This document shows, in pieces, positions 1 to 9,327 of a stretch of 64,000 bases of DNA. The stretch is from the NCBI GenBank assembly GCA_965198175.1, contig OZ240245.1:2432001-2496000 (forward strand). The letters are read 5' to 3'. Below the pieces are notes generated by a model. That model was not told where the DNA came from. It saw nothing but the letters and a program-made list of their open reading frames with translations, and ran no database searches. This DNA is from Candidatus Poribacteria bacterium. Its GTDB lineage: Bacteria > Poribacteria > WGA-4E > PCPOR2b. The translations under genes and the position numbers were made by a program. Position 1 is the stretch's first letter. Every line of letters starts with the position of its first letter.

Positions 1-286
1 GTGGAAATCCTATCAAAATCTGGGCGAAGCGTGCAACAACGCGGGTCCGCTTGATGAGAAAACGACGAGATTGGTCAAACTTGCCTTGGCGATTGGTGCG
101 AAATCAGAGGGTGCAGTGCGTTCGCATACGCGCCGCGCGTTAAAGGGTGGGATAACACGCGAGGAACTGCAACAGGTAGCAGTGCTTGCGATAACATCAG
201 TCGGTTGGTCAGCGAGCATGGCTGCTCTTTCTTGGATTCAAGATGTCATAGACAAAAGTGGGGTTGAAAAGGCAACCGATCAATAA
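1..286 (+). CDS. Carboxymuconolactone decarboxylase/AhpD-family protein (5' end outside window)
   Basis: Frame is open from base 2 (WKSYQNLGEACNNAGPLDEKTTRLVKLALAIG...AVRSHTRRALKGGITREEL), a typical CMD-family pattern. Confidence 0.8.
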   Translation, partial: WKSYQNLGEACNNAGPLDEKTTRLVKLALAIGAKSEGAVRSHTRRALKGGITREELQQVAVLAITSVGWSASMAALSWIQDVIDKSGVEKATDQ

Positions 287-377
287 GTCGGAAAGAACTA
301 CCCCTTTTGGAATAGGGAATACCAAATTGTATTGGCGGTAAGCGCGTAATTCATGCAAGCGACATGTGCTTATTGCG

Positions 378-1892
378 CTAAGATTCTGATTTTAGCCGCA
401 GCCCTTTTGATACAACGCCACGTTCTGCCAATTCGAACAGCCCTTGCACGAGAAGTGCTAGTACAGCCGCGGGCACAGCGCCTTGAAGTATGAGTCCGAT
501 ATCATCTTTCCGGATGCCCGTCAGAATCGGCTGACCGTATCCGCCCGCACCGATCAGTGCGCCGAGGGTGGCAAAACCCACGTTAATGACAGCGGAAGTC
601 TTGATGCCCGCGAGGATTGTCCGCGATGCTATGGGAAGTTCAACAAGCCAAAGTCGGCTAAGCGACGGTAGTCCGAGCGCCGATGCGGATTCGCGGATGG
701 GGGAAGGTATGTCATGGAGCCCGGCATATGTGTTTCGAACGATAGGCAGCAGACTATACAAAAACAGCGCAGCAATCGCCGGAGGTGCTTTAATGCCTAA
801 AAGTGGAATCATAAAGACCAGCAGTGCCAGCGCCGGAATGGTCTGAATGACTCCAACGATGCCCAAAATCACCTGCCCGACCTGTTCCTGACGTGCTGCC
901 AAAATACCCAGAGGAATTGATATAAAAATTGCTGGCGCAAGAGAAACGCAGACAAGAAAGAGGTGGGCTAAGGTATTTTTCAGCAAGCGTTCAAACACGG
1001 TTTCGTGGTGTACCTGAGCCTTAAGTGAGAAAGAGGTCGCCAGAAAGTCTGCCGCAACGCGATTTTCAGGAATTCTGTCTAATTTGACACGAGCGTTCAT
1101 TTTGACCATCTCCGTTTCAGAGATACGGTCTTTCAGCTTGAGTAGAGCAGCGACTACCTTCGGCGCCCGCGCTTCCAAATCATCCCGATACAGCAACACC
1201 GCATAGTATTTGGGGAAAAGGCTTCGATCATCTTCTAAAACCCTCAAGTTGTAATACTGAATCTCTGCGTCCGTCGAATATAGGTCTGTCGCGTGGATTG
1301 AGCCGCTCTCCAGTCCTCGATATGCCAGATCGTGGTCGAGACCCCGCACATCTTGATGGGGCAGGTTATAGCGATCGCGCAGGGAAGGCCAACCGTCTGC
1401 TCGCTCCATGAATTCACTTGTAAAACCAAACTCTAGATCCGCGTGACGGCGCAAATCAGAGATTTTCGTAATGTTACGCTTAGAAGCCACCTCCTCTTTC
1501 ATACCGATCGCGTAGGTGTTGTTGAAACCGAGTGGAGGACTCATACGGACTTCTTGTGCATTGAGAGCGTCGCGAATCTCCGCTTCACTGCTTAGCCCCT
1601 TGCCCGAAAGAATTTCGTGACTAATTGTCCCGGTGTATTCAGGATAGACATCGATGTCGCCTCTTAGTAGCGCCTTCCAAAGCACTTGTGTTCCGCCCAG
1701 TTCCTTTTCATGAACGGCATGAGCCCCAGCACTCTCCGCCAATCGCGCGACAAGTTCACCCAGAATCACCGATTCTGTGAATTTCTTTGAACCAATCTTT
1801 ACGTCTGTCATCTGATTCGTATTCTCGCATGAAAGCAAAATCAGTATACTCCAAACAACCGCTAGGAATGAAATTATTTCACGCCATCTCAT
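378..1892 (-). CDS. Quaternary-amine (glycine betaine/ergothioneine-type) ABC transporter, fused substrate-binding protein + permease
   Basis: Lipobox-like LILLSC; OpuAC-type motifs GSKKFTE, DVYPEYTGT, GFNNTY; C-terminal permease with TIPALAL and an EAA-like loop (IRESASALG). 4-nt overlap with the ATPase gene. Confidence 0.9.
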   Translation of the reverse strand: MRWREIISFLAVVWSILILLSCENTNQMTDVKIGSKKFTESVILGELVARLAESAGAHAVHEKELGGTQVLWKALLRGDIDVYPEYTGTISHEILSGKGLSSEAEIRDALNAQEVRMSPPLGFNNTYAIGMKEEVASKRNITKISDLRRHADLEFGFTSEFMERADGWPSLRDRYNLPHQDVRGLDHDLAYRGLESGSIHATDLYSTDAEIQYYNLRVLEDDRSLFPKYYAVLLYRDDLEARAPKVVAALLKLKDRISETEMVKMNARVKLDRIPENRVAADFLATSFSLKAQVHHETVFERLLKNTLAHLFLVCVSLAPAIFISIPLGILAARQEQVGQVILGIVGVIQTIPALALLVFMIPLLGIKAPPAIAALFLYSLLPIVRNTYAGLHDIPSPIRESASALGLPSLSRLWLVELPIASRTILAGIKTSAVINVGFATLGALIGAGGYGQPILTGIRKDDIGLILQGAVPAAVLALLVQGLFELAERGVVSKGLRLKSES

Positions 1893-2644
1893 CGAGCAAC
1901 TCCCTCCAATACCTCCAGCGGAAGGTGCTGGGCATTGATAAAACGTCCTACGAATTCATCTGCAGGTGAAGAATAAAGTTCCTCCAACGGTGCCTGTTGG
2001 ACGATATGTCCCTCACGCATGAGGATAATTACGCTACCGAAGAACCCGGCTTCACCAATATCGTGCGTTACCATCACTACCGTTTTGCTCAGGGTCTGGA
2101 AGATTTCCCGCAGATCGGTCTGGAGAGATGCACGAACCATTGGATCGAGAGCACCAAGCGGCTCATCCAGCAGCAGGACATCAGGGTCTAACATTAAAGC
2201 ACGCATGAGGCTCACACGCTGCTGCTGTCCACCGGAAAGCTCGACGGGGTAGCGGTTCAAACCGTCTTTCGGAAAGTGGGTCAGATCGCAAAGTTCTTCC
2301 AATCGTGCCTGTATTTCATGCGGCGGGAGTTTCAGATGCTTCGCCATGACGGTAACATTTTGGGCGGCGGTTAGATGTGGAAACAGACCACCATCCTGTA
2401 TGACATAGCCCATCCGGCGACGCAGTTCAAGAATGTTGGCGGGTGAAACACGTTCTTCCTTGAGCTTGACGTATCCCGTTGTGGGCTCCAGCAAGCCTAC
2501 AATCAATCTCAAAATCGTAGATTTCCCGCAGCCACTCGGACCAATCAGTATAGTTGTCTCCCCCTCTGCGATGCTCATATCGGTCGGGTAGAGCGCAACG
2601 ACATCGCCAAAATGCTTACTGACATTAGTCAATTGAATCATCAT
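1889..2644 (-). CDS. ABC transporter ATP-binding subunit (OpuA/ProV-like)
   Basis: Walker A GPSGCGKS, signature LSGGQQQR, Walker B LLLDEP, H-loop VTHD. Confidence 0.95.
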   Translation of the reverse strand: MMIQLTNVSKHFGDVVALYPTDMSIAEGETTILIGPSGCGKSTILRLIVGLLEPTTGYVKLKEERVSPANILELRRRMGYVIQDGGLFPHLTAAQNVTVMAKHLKLPPHEIQARLEELCDLTHFPKDGLNRYPVELSGGQQQRVSLMRALMLDPDVLLLDEPLGALDPMVRASLQTDLREIFQTLSKTVVMVTHDIGEAGFFGSVIILMREGHIVQQAPLEELYSSPADEFVGRFINAQHLPLEVLEGVAR

Positions 2645-3645
2645 GTACCCTTACATAAACCTGTTTTGAGTAAAGTGACGGCGAACCATGCACGTTCATC
2701 CAGCCATTGCACTTGTATTTCGAGACCGGCGGCATGACAGATTCTCGCAAACCTTTCGATTGTATATTTGTGGCTGTTCTCGGTATGAATGTACTCGTGC
2801 GGCTCAAAATGGAACGCTCGTTCAGGCGTGGAGATGTAGGCAGTCTGACGGAACCGACTGACGAGGCGCATCTCAATTCGAGCGCGCTCCTCGACAAATG
2901 GCGCAGCATGTTCGAAGTCATCAAGAACAAAGGTTCCTCCCAACTCGCGGTTAATCCGCACCAGCAAGTTTATGTTGAAAGCTGCCGTCACACCAGCGGC
3001 ATCATTGTACGCAGCCTCGATGACGCTGAGATCTTTCAACAGGTCAAAGCCGATTAACAGCCGATCTTCTCGATTCATCTGATGACCGATTCGTCTCAAG
3101 AACGCAACCGCATCCTCCGAATCAAAATTGCCGATATTGCTGCCAAGAAACAGGACAAGTCGCGGTCCTTCGTGGCGAGGCAAAATCGAGATGGCGTCGT
3201 TATACTCTGCTGCGATGGCGGTAATCGATAAACGTTCGTACTCGTTCAGAAGGGAAAAGGAAGATGCTCGAAGGAAATCCGAGGAAATGTCAACAGAAGT
3301 ATAGTGAAGATGTCTTTGGCAATCAAGTGCAGCGTTGATTAGGAGGCGGGTTTTAAGGGAACTTCCACTACCAAATTCCACTAGCGCCACGTTATGCCCT
3401 ACTGCCTCTATCATCTCAGGGACATTGTCTTCCAGTATTTTCTGTTCCGTTCGCGTGAGGTAGTATTCCGGGAGCTTACATATCTGTTCGAAAAGTTGGG
3501 AACCGTCCGAGTCGTAAAAAAGACGACAAGGTAGGATTTTTTGAGGCTGGGAAAGGCCTTCAACGACCGCGCTGGAGAAATCCACTCCTCCCAGATCTCT
3601 GGGCAACTCGATAAAGTTGACGCCAGAGACCATCTGTTGTCTCAT
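2641..3645 (-). CDS. egtD: L-histidine N-alpha-trimethyltransferase (ergothioneine/hercynine biosynthesis)
   Basis: Motifs FYDxxGSQLFEQICxLPEYYLTRTE, EFGSGSSLKT, FLGSNIGNF, AYNDAAGVTAAFN, IHTENSHKY. Confidence 0.92.
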   Translation of the reverse strand: MRQQMVSGVNFIELPRDLGGVDFSSAVVEGLSQPQKILPCRLFYDSDGSQLFEQICKLPEYYLTRTEQKILEDNVPEMIEAVGHNVALVEFGSGSSLKTRLLINAALDCQRHLHYTSVDISSDFLRASSFSLLNEYERLSITAIAAEYNDAISILPRHEGPRLVLFLGSNIGNFDSEDAVAFLRRIGHQMNREDRLLIGFDLLKDLSVIEAAYNDAAGVTAAFNINLLVRINRELGGTFVLDDFEHAAPFVEERARIEMRLVSRFRQTAYISTPERAFHFEPHEYIHTENSHKYTIERFARICHAAGLEIQVQWLDERAWFAVTLLKTGLCKGT

Positions 3646-3745
3646 GATTGTTCTCCGAAATCAGCGATACCCTGACTCAACACAACGCTCCCAGCGTGCA
3701 TTAGCTTCCCGAAAATAGGAATTTTCCCTGTGGGGTATGCCTAAA

Positions 3746-3774
3746 ATTATACAACTGATGAGTTTTCAAGTCAA
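3746..3774 (-). promoter_or_regulatory. sigma70-type promoter of the egtD-ABC operon
   Basis: TTGACT-17 bp-TATAAT on the minus strand, about 100 bp upstream of egtD. Confidence 0.65.
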
Positions 3775-3824
3775 GGTCGGAACGGTTATCACGAAATGCA
3801 ATCGTAGACACATAATCCGCTCTG

Positions 3825-4316
3825 TTACAAATCAAATATTACCTGCGCAACCCAACTGCCATCCAGCCTTTGCTCAACAAGCAACTGATGATATGTTACG
3901 CTCTTAATCTCTGTATAGACGACATGTTTTGTAAAATCCACAGGCTCGCCGCAGGCGACCGCAGACAGCGATGGCGGTTGTTTGGAAAGTCGCCGAATTT
4001 CGACTCGCCTGAAAATCAATTCCTCAACTTCATGCCGAAAATTCAACTCATTCAACCAAGCGACCATCAAATCTTCGAGCGACCCCGCCGACACCTCAAT
4101 CTCAATTTGCGTTACCCCATCAATCGTACTCGGGTCTGCAATACTTTCAAGAAGGCCTTGTGCCGCATGGGTGAAAAGTTGCTGCAGCGTCTTGCTGTAC
4201 GCACGAATACCGAGATCGCCGGTATGATCTAAATAGGTATACCCTTCGATCAAATCTTCCTCTGTCGTCACGTATTCTTGTTCTTTCAGTTTACCAGAAT
4301 TTCTCCTAGATATCAA
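3825..4316 (-). CDS. Archease (RtcB cofactor family); true start may be slightly downstream
   Basis: YLDHTGD near the N-terminus, EIKSVTYH, and C-terminal VIFDL. Confidence 0.9.
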   Translation of the reverse strand: MISRRNSGKLKEQEYVTTEEDLIEGYTYLDHTGDLGIRAYSKTLQQLFTHAAQGLLESIADPSTIDGVTQIEIEVSAGSLEDLMVAWLNELNFRHEVEELIFRRVEIRRLSKQPPSLSAVACGEPVDFTKHVVYTEIKSVTYHQLLVEQRLDGSWVAQVIFDL

Positions 4317-4583
4317 TATGATAATTCAGAGCCTTTGGAGTCGTGTACGCCCCCAAAGAACCGCAATTTGAGACTTTTAATTCATACGTCGATGTGCTAA
4401 AATAGTAACGTCTGGCTGTATGCGCGAGCGGTCAGTCTGAAACGGGAGTGCGGCAACACAACGGATTCGGTTTCGATCGTAAGAAAAGCTTGGACTCTCA
4501 GTCCTAATCTTCGACTACGCGTGTTGCTTAATTCAAGACGTAGACTAATGTTCTGTCGTGAATTCCTACAAGGAAGGGGAAAG

Positions 4584-5453
4584 ATGAAGAGATTAAACCG
4601 AGCAATTGAACTGCTTGAACAGGGACAACCCATCTATTATACCGGCGCTGGCGAACCGTCTTATGAGGGTGGTATCAAAGCGGCTCAAACGTGGGCGGAC
4701 TATATCATATTTGAAATGGAACACGAGATTTACAATATCTCTGCGTTGGATGAATTTATGCGTGGTCTTGTGGCAGGGGGACCGACGCGGAGTGGACACC
4801 GTACACCGGCGGTGCTTGTTACGCTCCCGATGGACGGTACGGATGAAAGCGTCATTCGCGCGAATGCCTGGATGATTAAGCAGGTCCTCGCAAGAGGCGT
4901 TCATGGAATTTTGCTTTGCCATGCGGAAACATCAGGCGCGGTGAAGGCATTCGTTGAATCAGTGCGCTACCCTTTCCATACGATTGGTGTTGGCGATGGA
5001 CTGAATTCGGGACGCCGAGGAAATGGCGGGCAAGGAAATGCAGCATCAATTTGGGGGCTATCGGTCGAGGAATATTTCAACAGGGCGGATGTCTGGCCCC
5101 TAAACCCGAAAGGCGAAATTATGCTCGGCTTGAAAATTGAGAATCGTCGAGCGCTCACCAACGCTAAAACCAGTGCGTGTGTGCCTGGCATCGCCTTTGC
5201 CGAGTGGGGCCCCGGGGATATGGCGTTCTCGTTTGGTTATAAAAATGTCCCTGACACGCCTTACCCAGAGGAAATTCGGGGTGCACGCACGCAGGTCATG
5301 AACGCCTGCAAGACTATGACTATCGCTTTCCTTGATGGGGTAGCCCCAGAGAATGTGATTGATAAAATCGAAGAAGGTGTTAAGATTTGCTCGGGGAGTC
5401 TGGAAGCAGCGGAAATTGGTCGAAAACATACCAACCGCACAATGCCGTGGTAG
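4584..5453 (+). CDS. HpcH/HpaI aldolase/citrate lyase family protein
   Basis: FEMEH, KIEN and EWGPGD motifs; ATG at 4584 follows a purine-rich RBS. Confidence 0.75.
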   Translation: MKRLNRAIELLEQGQPIYYTGAGEPSYEGGIKAAQTWADYIIFEMEHEIYNISALDEFMRGLVAGGPTRSGHRTPAVLVTLPMDGTDESVIRANAWMIKQVLARGVHGILLCHAETSGAVKAFVESVRYPFHTIGVGDGLNSGRRGNGGQGNAASIWGLSVEEYFNRADVWPLNPKGEIMLGLKIENRRALTNAKTSACVPGIAFAEWGPGDMAFSFGYKNVPDTPYPEEIRGARTQVMNACKTMTIAFLDGVAPENVIDKIEEGVKICSGSLEAAEIGRKHTNRTMPW

Positions 5454-5610
5454 AAATGAAATGTACGTCGATGGGCGAGCGAGCCGCACTGACGTTTTCG
5501 TTCGGGACGAATACTCGACTCCTGATATACGTGATAGTATATTTGAACTTACACCGTGAGATTGTCTTCTATCGGACAGCCTCTCACAATCTTCCGATTG
5601 ACCATGGATA

Positions 5611-8600
5611 ATGCGTACAGTAGTTAAATTATTTTTCAGCGTTTATATTTGTCTCTCTTACAGCATCGCCTATCATTCCTCCATCCATGCCCAGACAGAA
5701 GGAGAGGCTGCGAATTCCATCAACGAACGAAGCGAGGTATCTACCTCACAATTTCCCGTTGATACACATACGACCTCCGAGCACATTATCGGTTATGATG
5801 ATGTTTACGGTATTGAGCTAACACTGCCTCTTGCTGGTAATGTTGAAATCAGCGCATCAGAGGACGATCGAATTGTGATTAAACTCGAAAAGCGGGGGAT
5901 GGGTATCAATGAAGAGGCCGCCCAAAAGTATCTTGATGCCGTCAAATTGGACATTTCTAGGGTAGAAGACATCGTGCAACTGACGCCGCAACTCCCAGAA
6001 AACCTCGAATCCGAGGCGTCGTTGACGCGTATAGACTGTCTTATTGAGACACCGCCCGACATATCTGTCACGATAAAGACCGTGAATGGAAATATCCGCG
6101 TAGGTGGACTCCGGGGCGCTATGAATATCACGACGAATATCGGACATGTTCAATTTAGCGAGACGATGGGACAATATCAGGTGGCTGTTACCGAAGGACG
6201 CATATACGGCCGCATATTCTTGACGAGCGGGAACAACTCCTTTGAAACGCGAAATGGATCTATAGACCTTGTGGTCTTAGATTCAGTCTCAGCGCCAGCG
6301 GATTTCACGGCGATTGATGGCGGGATTCGGTTGCACTTGCCGGAAGATTTCCCAGCAGAAATCGAAATAAAGAATGAAAAACGCGATCAAGGTACAATTT
6401 TCATTGAGTTGCCCGCAGAAATTGACCATTCCCTTACTGGAGATGTCATGAGCGGATCGATTAACGGCGGCGGTCCCTTAATCCGGCTTCAAGCAAGCGA
6501 ACAAGTTGCCATTTTAGCGGCTGACGCTCCGGCTTCTGAATCGACCGAGGCAGATGCCAACAACCTATCTAGCGATGAACTTCCCACTGAAGAAAACGAT
6601 ACGATTATGCTTCCAACTGTTGCGGTGTCCAGAACTGCGGTTTCCCCGATAATCGACGGCAATCTGTTTGAGAGAGCTTGGTCAAACGCTGTACCACTGC
6701 ACTATTTTTATCAATCAGACGGAATTCGCCCATCGACTGAACCAACTCAGGTGTTCCTGATGTGGGACGAAAAGTATCTTTACATCGGTGCGAGAGCTTA
6801 CGATTCACGGATGGAGCACGTCCGTGTTTCTCAGACGAGAAAGGATGCTGCGGTTTGGGAGGATGACACCATCGAAGTTCTGGTAGATCCAAATCCACAG
6901 ACATTCCGTTACTATCACCTTATTGTTAATCCGATCGGAACCGTCTTTGATCAGATTGTGCAGAACGACTATCCGCCTGACGCTCGATTTGCACCGACTG
7001 TTGCGGGTGTGAAACGTTCCGAATTAACTTCGCCGAATCGGATTGTGGATCAGCATTGGGATGCGAACGCTAAAATCGAGACCCAAATCACGTCGACCTT
7101 CTGGAGTGTAGAGATTGCGCTACCCCTCACCTCACTTGAATCCGCTTCGTCGGAACACTGGCGATTAAACGTGCTCCGAAAAGTACATCGCCGCGATGAG
7201 TATAGCTACTGGTCGCCGACCTACGATGTAGATACCCCTTGGTGGCCACATTGGCGCGAGCAGATGGGAATATTGCAGATGGTGGCATCCGAATCGTCCC
7301 AATACACACAGGCACACGAACTTGAAGAAAAATTAGAGATAGCTGCTATCGAGGTTGGTGGAAATGCCGAGATTGCAACACCGGAAATCCTTCAACTCAT
7401 CCCGTTTAAACGGGGCGATGTTCTCACCGTCAGCGAACTATCGTGGCTCAAGGACGAACTCGAAATCCACGACTGGTTTCGTGAAGTGCATCTGGAAACG
7501 GCAGAAGGAATTCCGAAAGACGATGATATCCCTGTTGATGCGTCTTTCCATCCAGAACCGCCCGTTTTCAAAGTGGTAATTTCTCTTCGCGTGACGGAGA
7601 TGCCGACGCGATATGCAAAAACGGTCAGTCTACACAACAATAAGTATCTTCTCGCGGATACGCTGCGTACACTGTTCGGATTGCAAGCGGGACGTACCTC
7701 TATTGAAGAATTAGGGACGAAATGCCAATTAATCACAACACTCTATCGAAATCGCGGCTACCAGCTCGCGTCGACCCACCACCAATTTGTCGGGGACAAT
7801 CTGCAAATTGACATCAATGAGGGACATCTGGACGAGATCCGCTTCGTAGGGAATCGACGTATCCGAACTGCTGAACTAATTGATGCACTTGATTTCAAAC
7901 AGGGCGATATTTATAATCAGATACGATGCCAATCGCTCATTGATAATCTGGATGCAAAACTTAAGACAAACAATTCCTATTTGATAGCGGTGAAACAATG
8001 GCAGTTGAAGCCCGACGGCGCAAAAAATGTGCTAGAGATAGAAGTTGAAGAGCGGTCATTCGTCAATTGGGACCTGCTTCCGATTGTCGATTTTAACCGG
8101 GTGCATGGCGTGGTGCTGGGCGGAAGCGGTGAGGTACTGACGAAGGACTACGGAGGTGGACTTCTCTTCGGAGGGCTTAGCTACGGACTGTCGAGCACCA
8201 TCTGGCATTATCAGTTGGGCGCAGAAAAACGCTGGTTTGACCGGCACACCGTGAGTGTCGGCGGAGCGATTCACAATCTGACGGACACAAACGATGATTC
8301 ATCGTTGTCTCCAAATGAAGAGCTCCTCGCTGCAGTGGTGCTTGGCGATGACTTCATTGATTATTACCTGCGCCAGGGTTATCAGGCTTGGGCAAAGGGG
8401 CGTTTGACGCCATCCACAAGCATAACGCTCAGGTTCACCGACGAAAAGCATGAACTCCTTTTCAAGTCAACGGATTGGAGCGTGTTCAATAGGGATACCC
8501 CTAAAAAGAGGAACCTGCGGATTAACGAAGGGCATCTGCGAAGTTTCTCGGTCTCTTACGATTTCGATAGCCGAAATCATAAGTCGCATCTCAGGCGGCA

Positions 8601-9153
8601 TTTCCAAGTTTACCCGGCGCCAGACACCCGAACGACACGCGGATGGCAGGGTAATTTTGCTGTAGAATACGCGGGCAAACGCCTTCAAACTGACTTCGAT
8701 TTCACCCTTTACCGCTTCAAACTGGCGCGTTACAACCGACTGTCAAATAACCACTTCCTTGACTTCCGACTCGCGGGCGGCTTCTCAGATGCACCGTTGC
8801 CGCGGCAGCGGTTATTCTATCTGGGCGGCATCGGCACCTTGCGTGGATACGGCTTCAAGGAATTTGTCGGCGATAATATGCTGCTCTTCAATATGGAATA
8901 CCGTCTCCGTCTGGCACAGGGAAATTCGCTCGCGGCTGCGGCGATTGTGTTCCTCGACACCGGCTACACTTGGTATAACGGTGAACGCCCAACACTGGCT
9001 CGTTTCTACACATCGATCGGTGTCGGGCTGTCCCTTGACTGGTTGATGTTCTCCGACGCTGTTCAGACGGATACTGTTCGAGTTGAGATTGCACGTGCTC
9101 TGCGCAATGGGCGAAACGTCAACTTCATCTTGCGTCTTGCGCGTATGTTCTGA
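5611..9153 (+). CDS. Omp85/BamA-TamA-family outer-membrane protein with N-terminal DUF4097-like and CBM9-like domains and POTRA repeats
   Basis: Signal peptide; beta-solenoid-like repeats (TVNGNI, TNIGHV, TRNGSI); CBM9-like (IDGNL..AW, WDEKYLYI, WEDDTIEV, WSVEIALP); POTRA-like (LYRNRGY, INEG..EIRFVGN); barrel motif LRGY..GDN..FLDTG..SIGVG; C-terminal Phe. Confidence 0.75.
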   Translation: MRTVVKLFFSVYICLSYSIAYHSSIHAQTEGEAANSINERSEVSTSQFPVDTHTTSEHIIGYDDVYGIELTLPLAGNVEISASEDDRIVIKLEKRGMGINEEAAQKYLDAVKLDISRVEDIVQLTPQLPENLESEASLTRIDCLIETPPDISVTIKTVNGNIRVGGLRGAMNITTNIGHVQFSETMGQYQVAVTEGRIYGRIFLTSGNNSFETRNGSIDLVVLDSVSAPADFTAIDGGIRLHLPEDFPAEIEIKNEKRDQGTIFIELPAEIDHSLTGDVMSGSINGGGPLIRLQASEQVAILAADAPASESTEADANNLSSDELPTEENDTIMLPTVAVSRTAVSPIIDGNLFERAWSNAVPLHYFYQSDGIRPSTEPTQVFLMWDEKYLYIGARAYDSRMEHVRVSQTRKDAAVWEDDTIEVLVDPNPQTFRYYHLIVNPIGTVFDQIVQNDYPPDARFAPTVAGVKRSELTSPNRIVDQHWDANAKIETQITSTFWSVEIALPLTSLESASSEHWRLNVLRKVHRRDEYSYWSPTYDVDTPWWPHWREQMGILQMVASESSQYTQAHELEEKLEIAAIEVGGNAEIATPEILQLIPFKRGDVLTVSELSWLKDELEIHDWFREVHLETAEGIPKDDDIPVDASFHPEPPVFKVVISLRVTEMPTRYAKTVSLHNNKYLLADTLRTLFGLQAGRTSIEELGTKCQLITTLYRNRGYQLASTHHQFVGDNLQIDINEGHLDEIRFVGNRRIRTAELIDALDFKQGDIYNQIRCQSLIDNLDAKLKTNNSYLIAVKQWQLKPDGAKNVLEIEVEERSFVNWDLLPIVDFNRVHGVVLGGSGEVLTKDYGGGLLFGGLSYGLSSTIWHYQLGAEKRWFDRHTVSVGGAIHNLTDTNDDSSLSPNEELLAAVVLGDDFIDYYLRQGYQAWAKGRLTPSTSITLRFTDEKHELLFKSTDWSVFNRDTPKKRNLRINEGHLRSFSVSYDFDSRNHKSHLRRHFQVYPAPDTRTTRGWQGNFAVEYAGKRLQTDFDFTLYRFKLARYNRLSNNHFLDFRLAGGFSDAPLPRQRLFYLGGIGTLRGYGFKEFVGDNMLLFNMEYRLRLAQGNSLAAAAIVFLDTGYTWYNGERPTLARFYTSIGVGLSLDWLMFSDAVQTDTVRVEIARALRNGRNVNFILRLARMF

Positions 9154-9190
9154 AGATGAGTCGGAGCGATAGCTGCACCGTATAGCTTTT

Positions 9191-9223
9191 GTAGGTTGGG
9201 TTGATTCAACGGCGAAACCCAAC
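9191..9223 (+). repeat. GTAG-type REP-like palindrome (copy 1)
   Basis: GTAG-GTTGGGTT-N-AACCCAAC hairpin; the same arm recurs at 12726, 15498, 27196, 54353 and 55248. Confidence 0.7.
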
Positions 9224-9327
9224 GTTCCTAAAGCGAGTCCAACAATTCGCAATTTCCAATCCCCATACGTTCAACGCTCCCCACTTTCTCATCACCAACG
9301 GACGTTCTGATTACTATCGGTTTGATC

